Source: Caldiserica bacterium UBA4770 (GTDB taxonomy: Bacteria; Caldisericota; Caldisericia; Caldisericales; Caldisericaceae). From it: a DNA stretch of 53,930 bases. The position numbers and the translations under genes are program-made. Positions within the stretch are counted from its first letter, which is position 1. Each line of letters starts with the position of its first letter. A model generated the notes under the pieces. The model ran no database searches, had not been told where the DNA came from, and saw only the letters and a list, made by a program, of their open reading frames with translations. The DNA lies in the NCBI GenBank assembly GCA_002403335.1, contig DHHO01000002.1, forward strand, positions 71,540-125,469. Direction: 5' to 3'. Positions 9,044 to 18,665 of this stretch are shown here, in pieces.

Positions 9044-10410
9044 TTAAAATCAAAATTTTTAAGAAAAGCTTTATAGCCAAGATATGTAGAATAAAGATCT
9101 GCCTTTGATGCTAATTCTATAGGAGCATGCATTGAAAGAAGCGCAGGACCTGCATCAATTGTCTCAATTCCTCTCTTTGCCATGAACTTTGCAACAGTCC
9201 CTCCCCCACCTGCATCAACCTTTCCCAGTTCAGCCATCTGCCAGGGGACATTGTTATCATTGAGTAGCTTTCTTACTGCAAAAACAAGTTCTGCCGAAGC
9301 ATCGCTTGCCCCGCTCTTTCCTCCCAAACCTGTAAACTTTGTTACTGCAATACCTCTACCAAATACAGCATTGTTCTGTTCCTCAAATGTATCTCTGTAA
9401 ATGGGATCTATTGCTGCGTTCACATCACCTGAAATTGCTGAAGATTTGTGAAGGATGCTTCTTGCAGAAATCCTGAGCCCTTCTCGTTTTGCCAGTTCCT
9501 CAATTGCATATTCAAGAAAATCACTCTGAGCTCCAGTAATTCCCTCTGAACCAATTTCCTCTTTGTCAAAGAGGACAACGGCGGCAGCTTTATTGTTCAT
9601 TTCAGTATCAAAAAGTGCTCGAACTCCTGTATAGGCACAAATTCTGTCATCGTGTCCGTATGAGGCAATGATGCTTCGGTCAAACCCAACGTCCCTTGCG
9701 CTTCCAGCAGGAACAAGTGTTAACTCTGCTGAAAGAAAATCTTCTTCGATGATACCATACTTTTCATAAAGTATATTTAAAACATGCTTTTTGAATCTAT
9801 CTTTTTCCTTTTCTTCTCCTTCTGGTATACTTCCCACAATAGGGTCGAGTGCCTCCCCAGCAATAACCTCTTTGGCATTTGCTTCCATTTGTTTCCTCGC
9901 AAGATGCGGGAGAAGATCTGAAATGACAAAAACAGGCTCATCGGGCATTTCACCCACGCAAACCTCAAGTTTCTTACCCTCTTTAAGGATGATTACCCCA
10001 TGGAGCGCAAGGGGGATTGTTACCCACTGGTATTTTTTAATTCCTCCATAGTAGTGCGTCCTTAACATAGCTACATCGAAACCCTCGTAAAGAGGATTCT
10101 GTTTTATATCAACCCGGGGTGAATCAAGATGTGCAAATACAAAGTTAATACCATTTTCAAGGGAGGATTTCCCTTTTTTAATGAGCAGCATGCTTTTGTA
10201 TCCTTCGACTGCATAGAACATTCTATCTGATGTCCCTTGGGAGAAGATGTCAGCAAAGCCTTGTAGCTGTGCCTCTTTTCTGAAGAAATTTACAGCCTCC
10301 CTTTCGGTTTTTGCTTCTGAGATAAAGTGCTTGTAATCCTCTGCAAATGAGAAAACACTGCTTCTATCAAGAATTTCCCACGCATTTTTTGTCTTGTACT
10401 CAAGTTCCAT
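9040..10410 (-). CDS. M18-family aminopeptidase (aspartyl aminopeptidase-like)
   Basis: 456 aa; M18 metallopeptidase motifs (AHLDSP, GHDDR, EEIGS, SMHAP). Confidence 0.8.
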   Translation of the reverse strand: MELEYKTKNAWEILDRSSVFSFAEDYKHFISEAKTEREAVNFFRKEAQLQGFADIFSQGTSDRMFYAVEGYKSMLLIKKGKSSLENGINFVFAHLDSPRVDIKQNPLYEGFDVAMLRTHYYGGIKKYQWVTIPLALHGVIILKEGKKLEVCVGEMPDEPVFVISDLLPHLARKQMEANAKEVIAGEALDPIVGSIPEGEEKEKDRFKKHVLNILYEKYGIIEEDFLSAELTLVPAGSARDVGFDRSIIASYGHDDRICAYTGVRALFDTEMNNKAAAVVLFDKEEIGSEGITGAQSDFLEYAIEELAKREGLRISARSILHKSSAISGDVNAAIDPIYRDTFEEQNNAVFGRGIAVTKFTGLGGKSGASDASAELVFAVRKLLNDNNVPWQMAELGKVDAGGGGTVAKFMAKRGIETIDAGPALLSMHAPIELASKADLYSTYLGYKAFLKNFDFK

Positions 10411-10514
10411 TCATTTCCTCCTTCCTATTGAATCGTACATAAAAGTCTGCTAAACAATTATAAATCATTTGGATAAAAAAACAATTAATCGTAAAATTTA
10501 AGAAAGGAGAAAGT

Positions 10515-11042
10515 ATGCCCCTGCAGGGAAACTTAGCTGATTTTAACCTTGAAGAAGTAATACAGACCATCACGCAAGGGAAGAAGAGCGGTAAGCTCGA
10601 AGTATTAGGAAGGATGGGAGTGTACGGAATATTCTTTGAAAACGGAAAGATCATCCATGCGTTTGGTCCATTTGCAATAGGTGAAGATGCAGCCATGGAT
10701 GTATTTCTTGAGGATGGTGGAAGTTTTGTTTTTAAGCAGAATCTCATCCTTCCTCCTCAAACTATAAAAAAGGATACAATGGATATAATGATGGAAGGAA
10801 TTGCTCTCAGGGAGAATTTTAAAGAAGTAGCGGCTAAGGTAAAGAAAGAAGGTAAAATTGCCCCTCTCGGAGTTAATTCTGGCCTCTTAGAGTTAAAAGA
10901 GAATGAGTGGAAAATAATAAAACTTGCACTCGAAGGAAAAAGTATAAGAGAAATTATGGAGATGTGTAACATATGTTTTTTTCAGTTCGTTATCTTATTA
11001 AAAAGCCTTGAAGAGAAAGGCTTTGTTAAGATTGGAGGTTAA
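10515..11042 (+). CDS. DUF4388 (PATAN-like) domain protein
   Basis: N-terminal LQGNLADFNLEEVIQTITQGKKSGKLEV matches the DUF4388 signature; first gene of a three-gene module with roadblock and MglA homologues. Confidence 0.7.
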   Translation: MPLQGNLADFNLEEVIQTITQGKKSGKLEVLGRMGVYGIFFENGKIIHAFGPFAIGEDAAMDVFLEDGGSFVFKQNLILPPQTIKKDTMDIMMEGIALRENFKEVAAKVKKEGKIAPLGVNSGLLELKENEWKIIKLALEGKSIREIMEMCNICFFQFVILLKSLEEKGFVKIGG

Positions 11043-11043
11043 A

Positions 11044-11538
11044 ATGCAGGAGGGAAGGCTATCAAAAACTCAGATAGTTTTTACAGAGGAGGAAGTAAGA
11101 GAAATAGAAAATTATTTCGGGGAATACCTTATAGAAGCGGAGGCAAGGGATATTATCCTGCTTAATAAGAGTGGGGAATTGCTTGCAAAAAGTGGCGATA
11201 TTACGTCGGATGTTGCTGTAACTGTTTCTGCGCTTGCTGCTGGTGTATTCTCTGCAACAAATGAACTTGCAAGAATACTCGGAGAAAGAGAGTTTACAAT
11301 TACATTCCATCAAGGAATGGAAACCAACATACATATTTCTCTCATTACTCCAAATGTGCTTATTGCCATTATATTTGATAATAGGATCCCTATTGGTGCT
11401 GTCAGGTTCTGGGCAAAACGGGTAGGAAACAGTGTAAAGGAAATTATAAGGAAGGCCGAAATAAGAACTCCGAAGGAAGAAGCAGCCACAAAAGATCTTA
11501 AAGAGGAACTGAAAAAAGGGATAGACGAGTTATTTTAA
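11044..11538 (+). CDS. Roadblock/LC7 (MglB-like) GTPase-regulator domain protein
   Basis: Likely start at the internal Met (MQEGRL...) preceded by GGAGG; roadblock/LC7 fold signature (IILLNKSGELLAKSGD...). Confidence 0.7.
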   Translation: MQEGRLSKTQIVFTEEEVREIENYFGEYLIEAEARDIILLNKSGELLAKSGDITSDVAVTVSALAAGVFSATNELARILGEREFTITFHQGMETNIHISLITPNVLIAIIFDNRIPIGAVRFWAKRVGNSVKEIIRKAEIRTPKEEAATKDLKEELKKGIDELF

Positions 11539-11553
11539 TTTAAAGAAAGAAAA

Positions 11554-12132
11554 GTGAGCACAATAAATTTTGCAAGAAAAGAAATATCCTTTAAGATAGT
11601 CTATTATGGCCCTGCAATGAGTGGTAAGACAACAAATCTTCGATATATATATTCTTCTATTCCACAGAAGGTAAAAGGAGAGTTTACAAGTATTGCTACA
11701 GAAACAGAAAGAACACTCTTTTTTGATTTCCTTCCTTTAGAACTCGGGGTTATAAAAGGCTTTACTGTCAGGTTAAGTCTCTATACAGTCCCTGGCCAGA
11801 ATATCTATAAACTTACAAGAAAATCAGTACTTAGAGCATGTGATGGAATTGTATTTGTTGCAGACTCTCAACTTTCAAAGAAAGAAGAAAACATTATGAA
11901 TTTTTATGATATGGTAGAAAACCTGAATGACTTTGGGGAAAGCCTTGAGAGTATTCCACTTGTTATGCAGTATAACAAGAGAGATTTAAACCCGATCATA
12001 CCCATAAGAGAGCTTCAAGAGGCACTTAATAATGAAAACCAATTTGAGTATTATGAGGCTATTGCAATGCTTGGGTTAGGTGTAATGGAAAGTATGAAGG
12101 CTATTACAAGATTAGTTATATCGAGGATATGA
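11554..12132 (+). CDS. mglA: MglA-like Ras-family small GTPase
   Basis: KEISFKIVYYGPAMSGKTTNLRYIY closely mirrors the MglA P-loop region; G3/G4 motifs DSQLS and NKRD present. Confidence 0.8.
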   Translation: MSTINFARKEISFKIVYYGPAMSGKTTNLRYIYSSIPQKVKGEFTSIATETERTLFFDFLPLELGVIKGFTVRLSLYTVPGQNIYKLTRKSVLRACDGIVFVADSQLSKKEENIMNFYDMVENLNDFGESLESIPLVMQYNKRDLNPIIPIRELQEALNNENQFEYYEAIAMLGLGVMESMKAITRLVISRI

Positions 12133-12746
12133 TGAAAACAACTTTTATTGGTATTGCAGGGGGAACAGGCTCCGGTAAAACTACAGTTGCAGAAATCATC
12201 CGTGAAAATATTGGAAACGATAAGGCATTTATCATTTCAATGGATTCTTATTACAGAGACTTCCCCGAACTTTCTTTTGAGGAGAGAAGGAAATTGAACT
12301 ACGACCATCCTTCTATTTTCGATGTAGAACTTCTGGAGGCGCATCTTAGAGATCTTAAGAATGGTAAATGTGTGGAAGTACCTATTTACTCATTTGATCG
12401 CTACGAGAGAATTGGTAAGTTTGAGACTGTCTGTCCCAAGACTATTGTTATTGTTGAGGGTATACTCCTTTTTTATTATGAGCGCATAAGAAATTTTTTT
12501 GACATTAGGATATTTGTGGATACTGATGCAGATGTAAGGATTCTCAGGAGAATTGAAAGGGATGTAAAAGAAAGAGGAAGGACACTTGATTCGGTAATGG
12601 ATCAGTATCTTACTACGGTACGCCCCATGCATATTCAGTTTGTTGAACCTACAAAGCAATTTGCAGACATAATAGTTCCACGTGGTGGCAAAAATGAAAT
12701 TGCAATGGATATCATCATTGCAAAAATCAAAACTTTGCTTGAATAA
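12129..12746 (+). CDS. udk: Uridine kinase
   Basis: GIAGGTGSGKTTVA P-loop and typical Udk core; ATGA overlap with the mglA-like gene. Confidence 0.9.
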   Translation: MMKTTFIGIAGGTGSGKTTVAEIIRENIGNDKAFIISMDSYYRDFPELSFEERRKLNYDHPSIFDVELLEAHLRDLKNGKCVEVPIYSFDRYERIGKFETVCPKTIVIVEGILLFYYERIRNFFDIRIFVDTDADVRILRRIERDVKERGRTLDSVMDQYLTTVRPMHIQFVEPTKQFADIIVPRGGKNEIAMDIIIAKIKTLLE

Positions 12747-12808
12747 CTTTATATTTTAAGGTAGCTCTAATTGGACGCCTTCTAATATCAAATGAAGCTT
12801 TTCAGTTG

Positions 12809-12850
12809 AGGAAGTAAGAGACTTTCCTTGCAATGACCTTCCTTTTTGCT
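12809..12850 (+). terminator. Candidate intrinsic terminator after udk
   Basis: Hairpin AGGAAGT-aagag-ACTTTCCT / outer GGAAG...CTTCC immediately followed by TTTTT. Confidence 0.35.
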
Positions 12851-12972
12851 ACTGGCAGCCCTTAGCAAAGCAGAGGCCTTTTACTTTTCCTAAAAATGTG
12901 GAAAGTTTGAAAGGGTTTTTCTACCTCTTCGATTAAAAAAGTCTCTCCCAATGGCAATGAAAAAATAATAAC

Positions 12973-13851
12973 TTAATCATATTGTACCCAACCATTTTTA
13001 AAACCCTCCTCACGGAGAATTTTAATTGCTTCCAGCATTTCTTCCCTTGATAATTTTCTTGAAATCTCAGGAAACTCCTTAGCTCTGTAGACAGGAACAT
13101 ACTGGCTCATCAAGCTTATGTAAACATCCTTTCCAAATTCCTTTGCAATGTGTCTTAAAGTGAGCCTTAAATCCTGGAGGTTGTCAGGAAAGAGAAGAAT
13201 GCGAATAATTACGCCTCTTGACATCGTTCCGTTCGGTCTAAATTTCACTTCCGGAACCTGTTTTAGCATTTCTTTTATTGCAGCAGTGGTTATGTTTACA
13301 TAGTCAGGTGCTTGGGAATATTTAATTGCTTTCTGGTCGTCTATATATCTAAAGTCGGGGAGATAGATATCTATGTAACCTTCCAAAAGATTTAAAACTT
13401 TCACGTCTTCATACCCTATCGTGTTAAGGATAATGGGTAATGTAAGGCCATTTGATTTTGCCAATCTGAGGGAAGCAACTATTGGTGGGAAGTAGTGCGT
13501 TGGAGTTACAAGGTTAATGTTTGAAGCTCCCTTCTCCTGTAAGGAGAGCATGATGCGGGTCAATTCTTTAACTGATACGAATCGGCCGTTCCCTATCTGG
13601 CTGAATTGGAAATTCTGACAGTAAACACACTTCAGGTTGCAATTACTGAAGAAAATTGTTCCTGAGCCATCCCTTCCTGAAAGAGGAGGTTCCTCTCCTT
13701 TATAAAGGGTAAATGCAGATATCTTTGTAACAATCCCTGAATTACAGATTCCGGATTCTCTTTTTAATCTTTCTACTCCGCACCTCAGGGGGCAGAGATA
13801 GCAGGGAGAAAGCATTTCATAAAGTCTTTTTATCTTTTCGATTTCATTCAT
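12973..13851 (-). CDS. Radical SAM enzyme (PflA/PflX-like activating-enzyme family)
   Basis: CNLKCVYCQN (CxxxCxxC) radical-SAM motif; 292 aa. Confidence 0.75.
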   Translation of the reverse strand: MNEIEKIKRLYEMLSPCYLCPLRCGVERLKRESGICNSGIVTKISAFTLYKGEEPPLSGRDGSGTIFFSNCNLKCVYCQNFQFSQIGNGRFVSVKELTRIMLSLQEKGASNINLVTPTHYFPPIVASLRLAKSNGLTLPIILNTIGYEDVKVLNLLEGYIDIYLPDFRYIDDQKAIKYSQAPDYVNITTAAIKEMLKQVPEVKFRPNGTMSRGVIIRILLFPDNLQDLRLTLRHIAKEFGKDVYISLMSQYVPVYRAKEFPEISRKLSREEMLEAIKILREEGFKNGWVQYD

Positions 13852-13887
13852 ATGTTTTCTTTGACTTTGCTCTCATTGGCTTTGGTT

Positions 13888-13994
13888 CATAGGTATTTTG
13901 GAAGGGGATAAACTTTATAAGTAAGCCAAGCATTTGCAATCCGAAGTGCGGCCTCCGCTCCGGCAAGCCCTCCACCTATGACATTAATCTTCAT
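13888..13994 (-). pseudogene. Remnant encoding an FAD-binding N-terminus (TrmFO/Gid-like)
   Basis: 35-aa reading frame MKINVIGGGLAGAEAALRIANAW... starting at an ATG overlapping the dprA stop; resembles the GxGxxG(S/A)EAA N-terminus of TrmFO and terminates after 35 codons. Confidence 0.3.
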
Positions 13995-14940
13995 AAATCT
14001 TTGTATATCTACCTGCTACCTTTTTTACAAGGCCTTTTATCTCCATCTGTGCGAGAATGGAGATGAGTTTAAGAAAGTCTATCCCTGTCTTTTCGGCGAT
14101 TTTATCAAGAGTTTCTGTATCATTCTGAAGTACTTCAAGCACACTTTCTTCCTCCTGGGAGAGCATAGGGGAAGGCCTATCTTTCCTAAGTGTTACAAAT
14201 TGTGGAATATTTTCAAGTATATCTGAAATTTCAAGGAAAGGAATTGCTCCATCCTTTATAAGCATATTTGTACCTTTGCTAAGGGCACTTGTGATATTCC
14301 CTGGTACAGCGAATACTTCCTTTCCCTGCTCGACTGCAAAATTTGCAGTAATAAGAGACCCACTTCTTTCCTTTGCTTCAATAACGACAGTAGCAAGTGA
14401 AAAACCGCTTATGAGCCTGTTTCTAAATGGAAAATTGTAGGCATTTGGTTTAAAGTGGAGAGGAAACTCAGAAATTACAGCACCATGTTCAATAATTTTC
14501 TTATAAACAGACTCATTGGATTTTGGATAGATAACATCGATTCCTGAGCCAAAGATTGCAACAGTCCGCCCGTTTGCATCAATTGCCCCCAGGTGTGCCT
14601 CTGTATCAATTCCGTAAGCCATGCCACTTACAATTGTTATCCCAAGGCTTGCAAGTTCATAAGAAATATGTCTTGATATACTTTTTCCGTATTCTGTGCA
14701 CTTCCTGGAGCCCACGATACTTACTGCAAGTGTATCAGATTTTCTTAATTCTCCCTTTTGATATATAAGGATTGGAGGGTCTTTGATCTTTTTGAATTGC
14801 TCCGGGAAGTCATCGGAATCAAATGGTATTATTTTAACCCCGAGATTTTTAGCCTCCTCAATCTCTTTATAAGCAGTTTCATATTCCTCTGCTGTAAACT
14901 CTGGTTCAAATAAGCCATCTCTTTCAAAGGCTCTGAGCAT
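13984..14940 (-). CDS. dprA: DNA-processing protein DprA (Smf)
   Basis: Rossmann-like core LAVSIVGSRKCTEYGKSISRHISYELASLGITIVSGMAYGIDTEAHLGA and a C-terminal winged helix. The track ORF (to 15324) reads through the upstream promoter region; true start is probably the Met at 14938-14940 (or the GTG near 15009). Confidence 0.85.
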   Translation of the reverse strand: MLRAFERDGLFEPEFTAEEYETAYKEIEEAKNLGVKIIPFDSDDFPEQFKKIKDPPILIYQKGELRKSDTLAVSIVGSRKCTEYGKSISRHISYELASLGITIVSGMAYGIDTEAHLGAIDANGRTVAIFGSGIDVIYPKSNESVYKKIIEHGAVISEFPLHFKPNAYNFPFRNRLISGFSLATVVIEAKERSGSLITANFAVEQGKEVFAVPGNITSALSKGTNMLIKDGAIPFLEISDILENIPQFVTLRKDRPSPMLSQEEESVLEVLQNDTETLDKIAEKTGIDFLKLISILAQMEIKGLVKKVAGRYTKIYED

Positions 14941-15036
14941 ACCTTTTACTTCTTTTGCAAGGGGAGAAAATCTTTTTATATTTAGTGCAACACTATCTTC
15001 AATTTTCACAAATAAATAATAATGATTTAAAAGGAT

Positions 15037-15065
15037 TTGACAAAAAGTTATTGAGTGATTAAAAT
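15037..15065 (+). promoter_or_regulatory. Sigma-70-type promoter
   Basis: TTGACA-17 nt-TAAAAT, about 14 nt upstream of the GAGGG RBS of the 15079 gene. Confidence 0.45.
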
Positions 15066-15078
15066 TTCTCGAGGGAAG

Positions 15079-15441
15079 ATGAAAGAGAATGTAAAATTTT
15101 TCTTGAAATTGTACTTTATCCGGATTCTTCCCATTTCTGCAGGGATTGTTTTGGTCACACTCCTTATTATGTACTTTACAGGGACATTTATGCTTGTTCG
15201 TTATCTTGACATTCTCTTCTACGAAGGTGCAGCATGTCTTATCATTGCAGGGATATCTGGCCTCAACTGGGTTTTGTGGGGAAGAGAGGCAGGTACGATG
15301 GCCTACAGGCCTTTCCCCCAGCAAACAGAAGTAATGCTTAAAGACAGAAGACAGAGGGTAGCAATATCAATTTATATGTCGCTTGTAGGTGGTACAATAT
15401 TTCTTATAATAATAATCATTCATATTTTATCTTCGGTATAG
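15079..15441 (+). CDS. Small integral membrane protein (unknown function)
   Basis: 120 aa starting MKENVKFF...; three predicted TM helices; own promoter and RBS. Confidence 0.5.
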   Translation: MKENVKFFLKLYFIRILPISAGIVLVTLLIMYFTGTFMLVRYLDILFYEGAACLIIAGISGLNWVLWGREAGTMAYRPFPQQTEVMLKDRRQRVAISIYMSLVGGTIFLIIIIIHILSSV

Positions 15442-15644
15442 TTAGATAGATTATTTGGAAAAATCTGCGACAGAAAGGATTAGGAGGTAATTGTCCTTGC
15501 GGAGATTGATAAGTAGTACTATCTGACACCTTATATCTGTGGGTAGATATGAGGGAGAAATCTCTTTTGTATTTAACTTAAAGCAAGGTTTTTTATTTTT
15601 GTTTTTTTTGTAATAAAATAGTTTGGTTTAAAATCTATAGGGAG

Positions 15645-16424
15645 GTGAGTATGAGAAGAAAAAACTTAGTCGTATTGGTAAGCATCCTTTTACTTGTTTT
15701 AATGAGTGTGACCCTTACAGGATGCAGAGAAGAGGTAACTCCGAAGACATTGAGAGTGGGGACTTCCGCCGATTATCCTCCTTTTGAGTATGTCGACGAG
15801 CAAACTCAGGAATTCGTGGGTTTCGACCTTGATCTTATGCGACTTCTTGCTCCAAAAATGGGGTATGATAAGGTTGAGATTGTAAATATGGATTTTGATA
15901 CAATTATACCTTCTCTTGGAGCAGATAAGATAGATGTTGCAGCTGCCTGTATAACAATAACGCCCGCAAGGCTTGAGGAAGCGGATGCAGTTGAGTATAT
16001 AACGACTGGTCAATCACTTATTGTTAAGAAGGATAGCACTTTTGAGCCTAAAAGTATATCTGATTTGAGTGGAAAGAAAGTTGGTGTTCAAAAGGGCACA
16101 ACGGGAGAAGAGACAATTGATAAGGGTATCGAAGCAGGCGAGGCATCAAATGTTGATGTAAGAAGATATACCTCTGTTATTCTGGGTATGATGGATCTTG
16201 ATGCTGGGGCTATTGATGCAATGGTTATTGATACACCTGTTGCGAATCTCTATTCAACAAAGTATAATTATAAAACAACTGCTGAGCTTGTTGCAGAAAC
16301 TGCAGGGCTTTTTGTAAAGAAAGGGAATACCACACTTCTTAACGCACTAACCAATGCTCTTACGGAGGTAAAGGGTACTACTGAATGGAATAATCTTATG
16401 GAGAAATATTTTGGAGGTTCATAG
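15645..16424 (+). CDS. Polar amino-acid ABC transporter substrate-binding lipoprotein (SBP family 3)
   Basis: Lipoprotein signal (LTGC) and a family-3 SBP fold; first gene of a four-gene ABC operon. Confidence 0.85.
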   Translation: MSMRRKNLVVLVSILLLVLMSVTLTGCREEVTPKTLRVGTSADYPPFEYVDEQTQEFVGFDLDLMRLLAPKMGYDKVEIVNMDFDTIIPSLGADKIDVAAACITITPARLEEADAVEYITTGQSLIVKKDSTFEPKSISDLSGKKVGVQKGTTGEETIDKGIEAGEASNVDVRRYTSVILGMMDLDAGAIDAMVIDTPVANLYSTKYNYKTTAELVAETAGLFVKKGNTTLLNALTNALTEVKGTTEWNNLMEKYFGGS

Positions 16425-16433
16425 GGTCAGTTA

Positions 16434-17099
16434 ATGCAGGTCTTTGATTTTTCTATTTTTACCAGCATAAGTGCAATCACCTTTATTCTTGAGGGAGTAG
16501 GAGATACGCTTCTTCTTACCTTTGCAGCTATTAGTATTGGCTTGATTATAGGGTCTTTACTTTCTTTCGGGGAGGTCTATGCACCTCCCTTTTTCGCTAT
16601 TCCCGTTAGATTAATTGGAGAAATCCTCCGGGGAATACCCCTTATGGTATTTTTTTTCCTCCTCTTCCTTGGCTTGAGACTTGATGTGTGGCAGTCGGCT
16701 ATCATAGGGCTTGGTTTAAGAAGCGCTGCCTTCCAGGGACAGATATTAAGAAGCTCTCTTGAAGCAGTGAGTATTGGGCAACTGGATGCCGCCATGAGCC
16801 TTGGAATGACAAGACCCCAGGTTTTCAGGGAAATTCTTCTTCCACAGGCTATAAGGATTATGATTCCAGGTTGGTCAAATGAGTTCATAACAGTTCTTAA
16901 GGATACATCTATTGCATTTGTATTAAGCTTTCAGGATATTATGACAAGAGCAGACCTTATTGCTCGTTCCATAGGGAGGTATCTTGAGATTTATATATTT
17001 GTAGCATTGCTTTACTTTGTTCTTGTGAGGTCTTCCACTGCTATTCTTAATGCTTTATATGAAAGAAATAGAATTCCAGGGCTTGGGGAGAAGAGATGA
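16434..17099 (+). CDS. Amino-acid ABC transporter permease
   Basis: His/Glu/Gln/Arg/opine-family permease with the EAA-like loop; five TM helices. Confidence 0.85.
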   Translation: MQVFDFSIFTSISAITFILEGVGDTLLLTFAAISIGLIIGSLLSFGEVYAPPFFAIPVRLIGEILRGIPLMVFFFLLFLGLRLDVWQSAIIGLGLRSAAFQGQILRSSLEAVSIGQLDAAMSLGMTRPQVFREILLPQAIRIMIPGWSNEFITVLKDTSIAFVLSFQDIMTRADLIARSIGRYLEIYIFVALLYFVLVRSSTAILNALYERNRIPGLGEKR

Positions 17100-17842
17100 A
17101 AGAAGTTCTAAGAGTTGTAGATTTAAAAAAGAGCTACCATAAGAATGAGGTATTAAAAGGTGTGAGTTTTTCTGTTGACGAAGGGGAAACTAAAGTCATT
17201 ATTGGGCCAAGCGGTGGGGGAAAGAGCACACTTCTTTATTGTATTAATATGCTCCAGAGACCGGATTCAGGAGAGGTTTACCTTGATGGGGAGGAGATAA
17301 CAAAAGGGAAGGTGAGAGTCAATGAAGCAAGGCAAAAGATAGGCTTTGTGTTTCAGCACTTCAACCTTTTTCTTCATCTCAATGCACTCGACAATGTAAG
17401 AGTGGGACCCCTGAAGGTAAGGAAGATGAGTTTAGATGAGGCAACTCAAACTGCAGTCGCAGCATTAAAGCTTGTGGGCATCAGTGAAGATCTCTGGAGT
17501 CATTATCCTGCACAGCTCAGCGGAGGGCAGCAGCAGAGAATTGCTATTGCCAGAGCAATTGCAATGAACCCCAGAATTATCCTATTTGACGAACCAACAA
17601 GTGCTCTTGATGTGGAACTTATCGGAGAGGTATTAAAAGCAATGAAGGACCTTGCCTATGGAGGAATGACAATGCTGGTGGTGACTCATGAACTCGAATT
17701 TGCAATGGAGGTTGCCAATGAAATTATGTTTCTTGAAAATGGAGTGATTATTGAGAAAGGTCCTCCACGTGAAGTAATCATGAATCCAAAGAGTGAGAGA
17801 ATCAAGAGATTTCTTGGCAGAATTCATAAAGAGGAGAGTTGA
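17096..17842 (+). CDS. Amino-acid ABC transporter ATP-binding protein
   Basis: Walker A GPSGGGKST, signature LSGGQQQR, Walker B ILFDEPTSALD. Confidence 0.9.
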   Translation: MKEVLRVVDLKKSYHKNEVLKGVSFSVDEGETKVIIGPSGGGKSTLLYCINMLQRPDSGEVYLDGEEITKGKVRVNEARQKIGFVFQHFNLFLHLNALDNVRVGPLKVRKMSLDEATQTAVAALKLVGISEDLWSHYPAQLSGGQQQRIAIARAIAMNPRIILFDEPTSALDVELIGEVLKAMKDLAYGGMTMLVVTHELEFAMEVANEIMFLENGVIIEKGPPREVIMNPKSERIKRFLGRIHKEES

Positions 17843-18525
17843 TGGAGAAGTTTTTGGGAATATTTAATAGATTCGGGAGTTTACTTCTATCTGGTCTTGG
17901 ATACACTATGTTTATTACAATTGTTGCTATTGTCATCGGGTTTTTCCTTGGGTTTTTGCTTGCGGTCCTGAAAATTTATGGACGGGGAGTTTTGAAGTGG
18001 CTTGCAATTGCATACATTGAACTGATTCGCGGTACCCCCATGATTGTTCAGTTGTTCATAATCTATTATGGCCTTTCTCAGACAGGTCTTGTAAGACTTA
18101 CTCCTCTTCAGGCTGCTATTATTGGTATGGGCTTGAATAGTGCTGCATACCAGGCGGAGTATTTCAGGTCTGCCTTTCTTGCAATACCCACAGGACAGTC
18201 TGAGGCAGCTTTAAGTCTTGGTATGAGCAGAGCGCAATTGATTTTAAACATACTTCTTCCGCAACTTTTGAGAATAGTACTTCCATCCTGGACAAATGAA
18301 CTTGTCGCTCTCATTCAATACTCAAGCATTGCAATGGTGGTAACGATTATGGAGCTCACTGCTGTGGCAAAGTATATAGGAAGTAAAACATTCCTGTACA
18401 TGCAATCATTTATCATTGTAGGGATCATTTACCTTGCACTTTCATTTATTTTTACGCGTCTTATGGTCTATTTTGAACATAGGCTTTCAATCCCGGGTAT
18501 CTCAGTAACAAAGGCAAGGGTCTAA
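17839..18525 (+). CDS. Amino-acid ABC transporter permease (second)
   Basis: Paralogue of the 16434 permease; 4-nt overlap with the ATPase gene. Confidence 0.85.
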   Translation: MMEKFLGIFNRFGSLLLSGLGYTMFITIVAIVIGFFLGFLLAVLKIYGRGVLKWLAIAYIELIRGTPMIVQLFIIYYGLSQTGLVRLTPLQAAIIGMGLNSAAYQAEYFRSAFLAIPTGQSEAALSLGMSRAQLILNILLPQLLRIVLPSWTNELVALIQYSSIAMVVTIMELTAVAKYIGSKTFLYMQSFIIVGIIYLALSFIFTRLMVYFEHRLSIPGISVTKARV

Positions 18526-18665
18526 GTTCTTAATTCGGCAGTATCAGAGAAGAAAATGGAGAGAGCCTTGATGGGTGATATATGTCTGTGCGGTTTTGTA
18601 GGGAAATTTGCGAAAAAATTAAAAATTCCTTAAAATTTAGAGGAATTTAAATAGAAAGGTGGCAG

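Noticed and set aside
14941-15324. 128-aa N-terminal extension of the dprA ORF
   Set aside because: It reads through the divergent promoter and A+T-rich intergenic sequence and gives Cys/His/Asn-rich non-protein-like sequence; the real start is taken as the internal Met.
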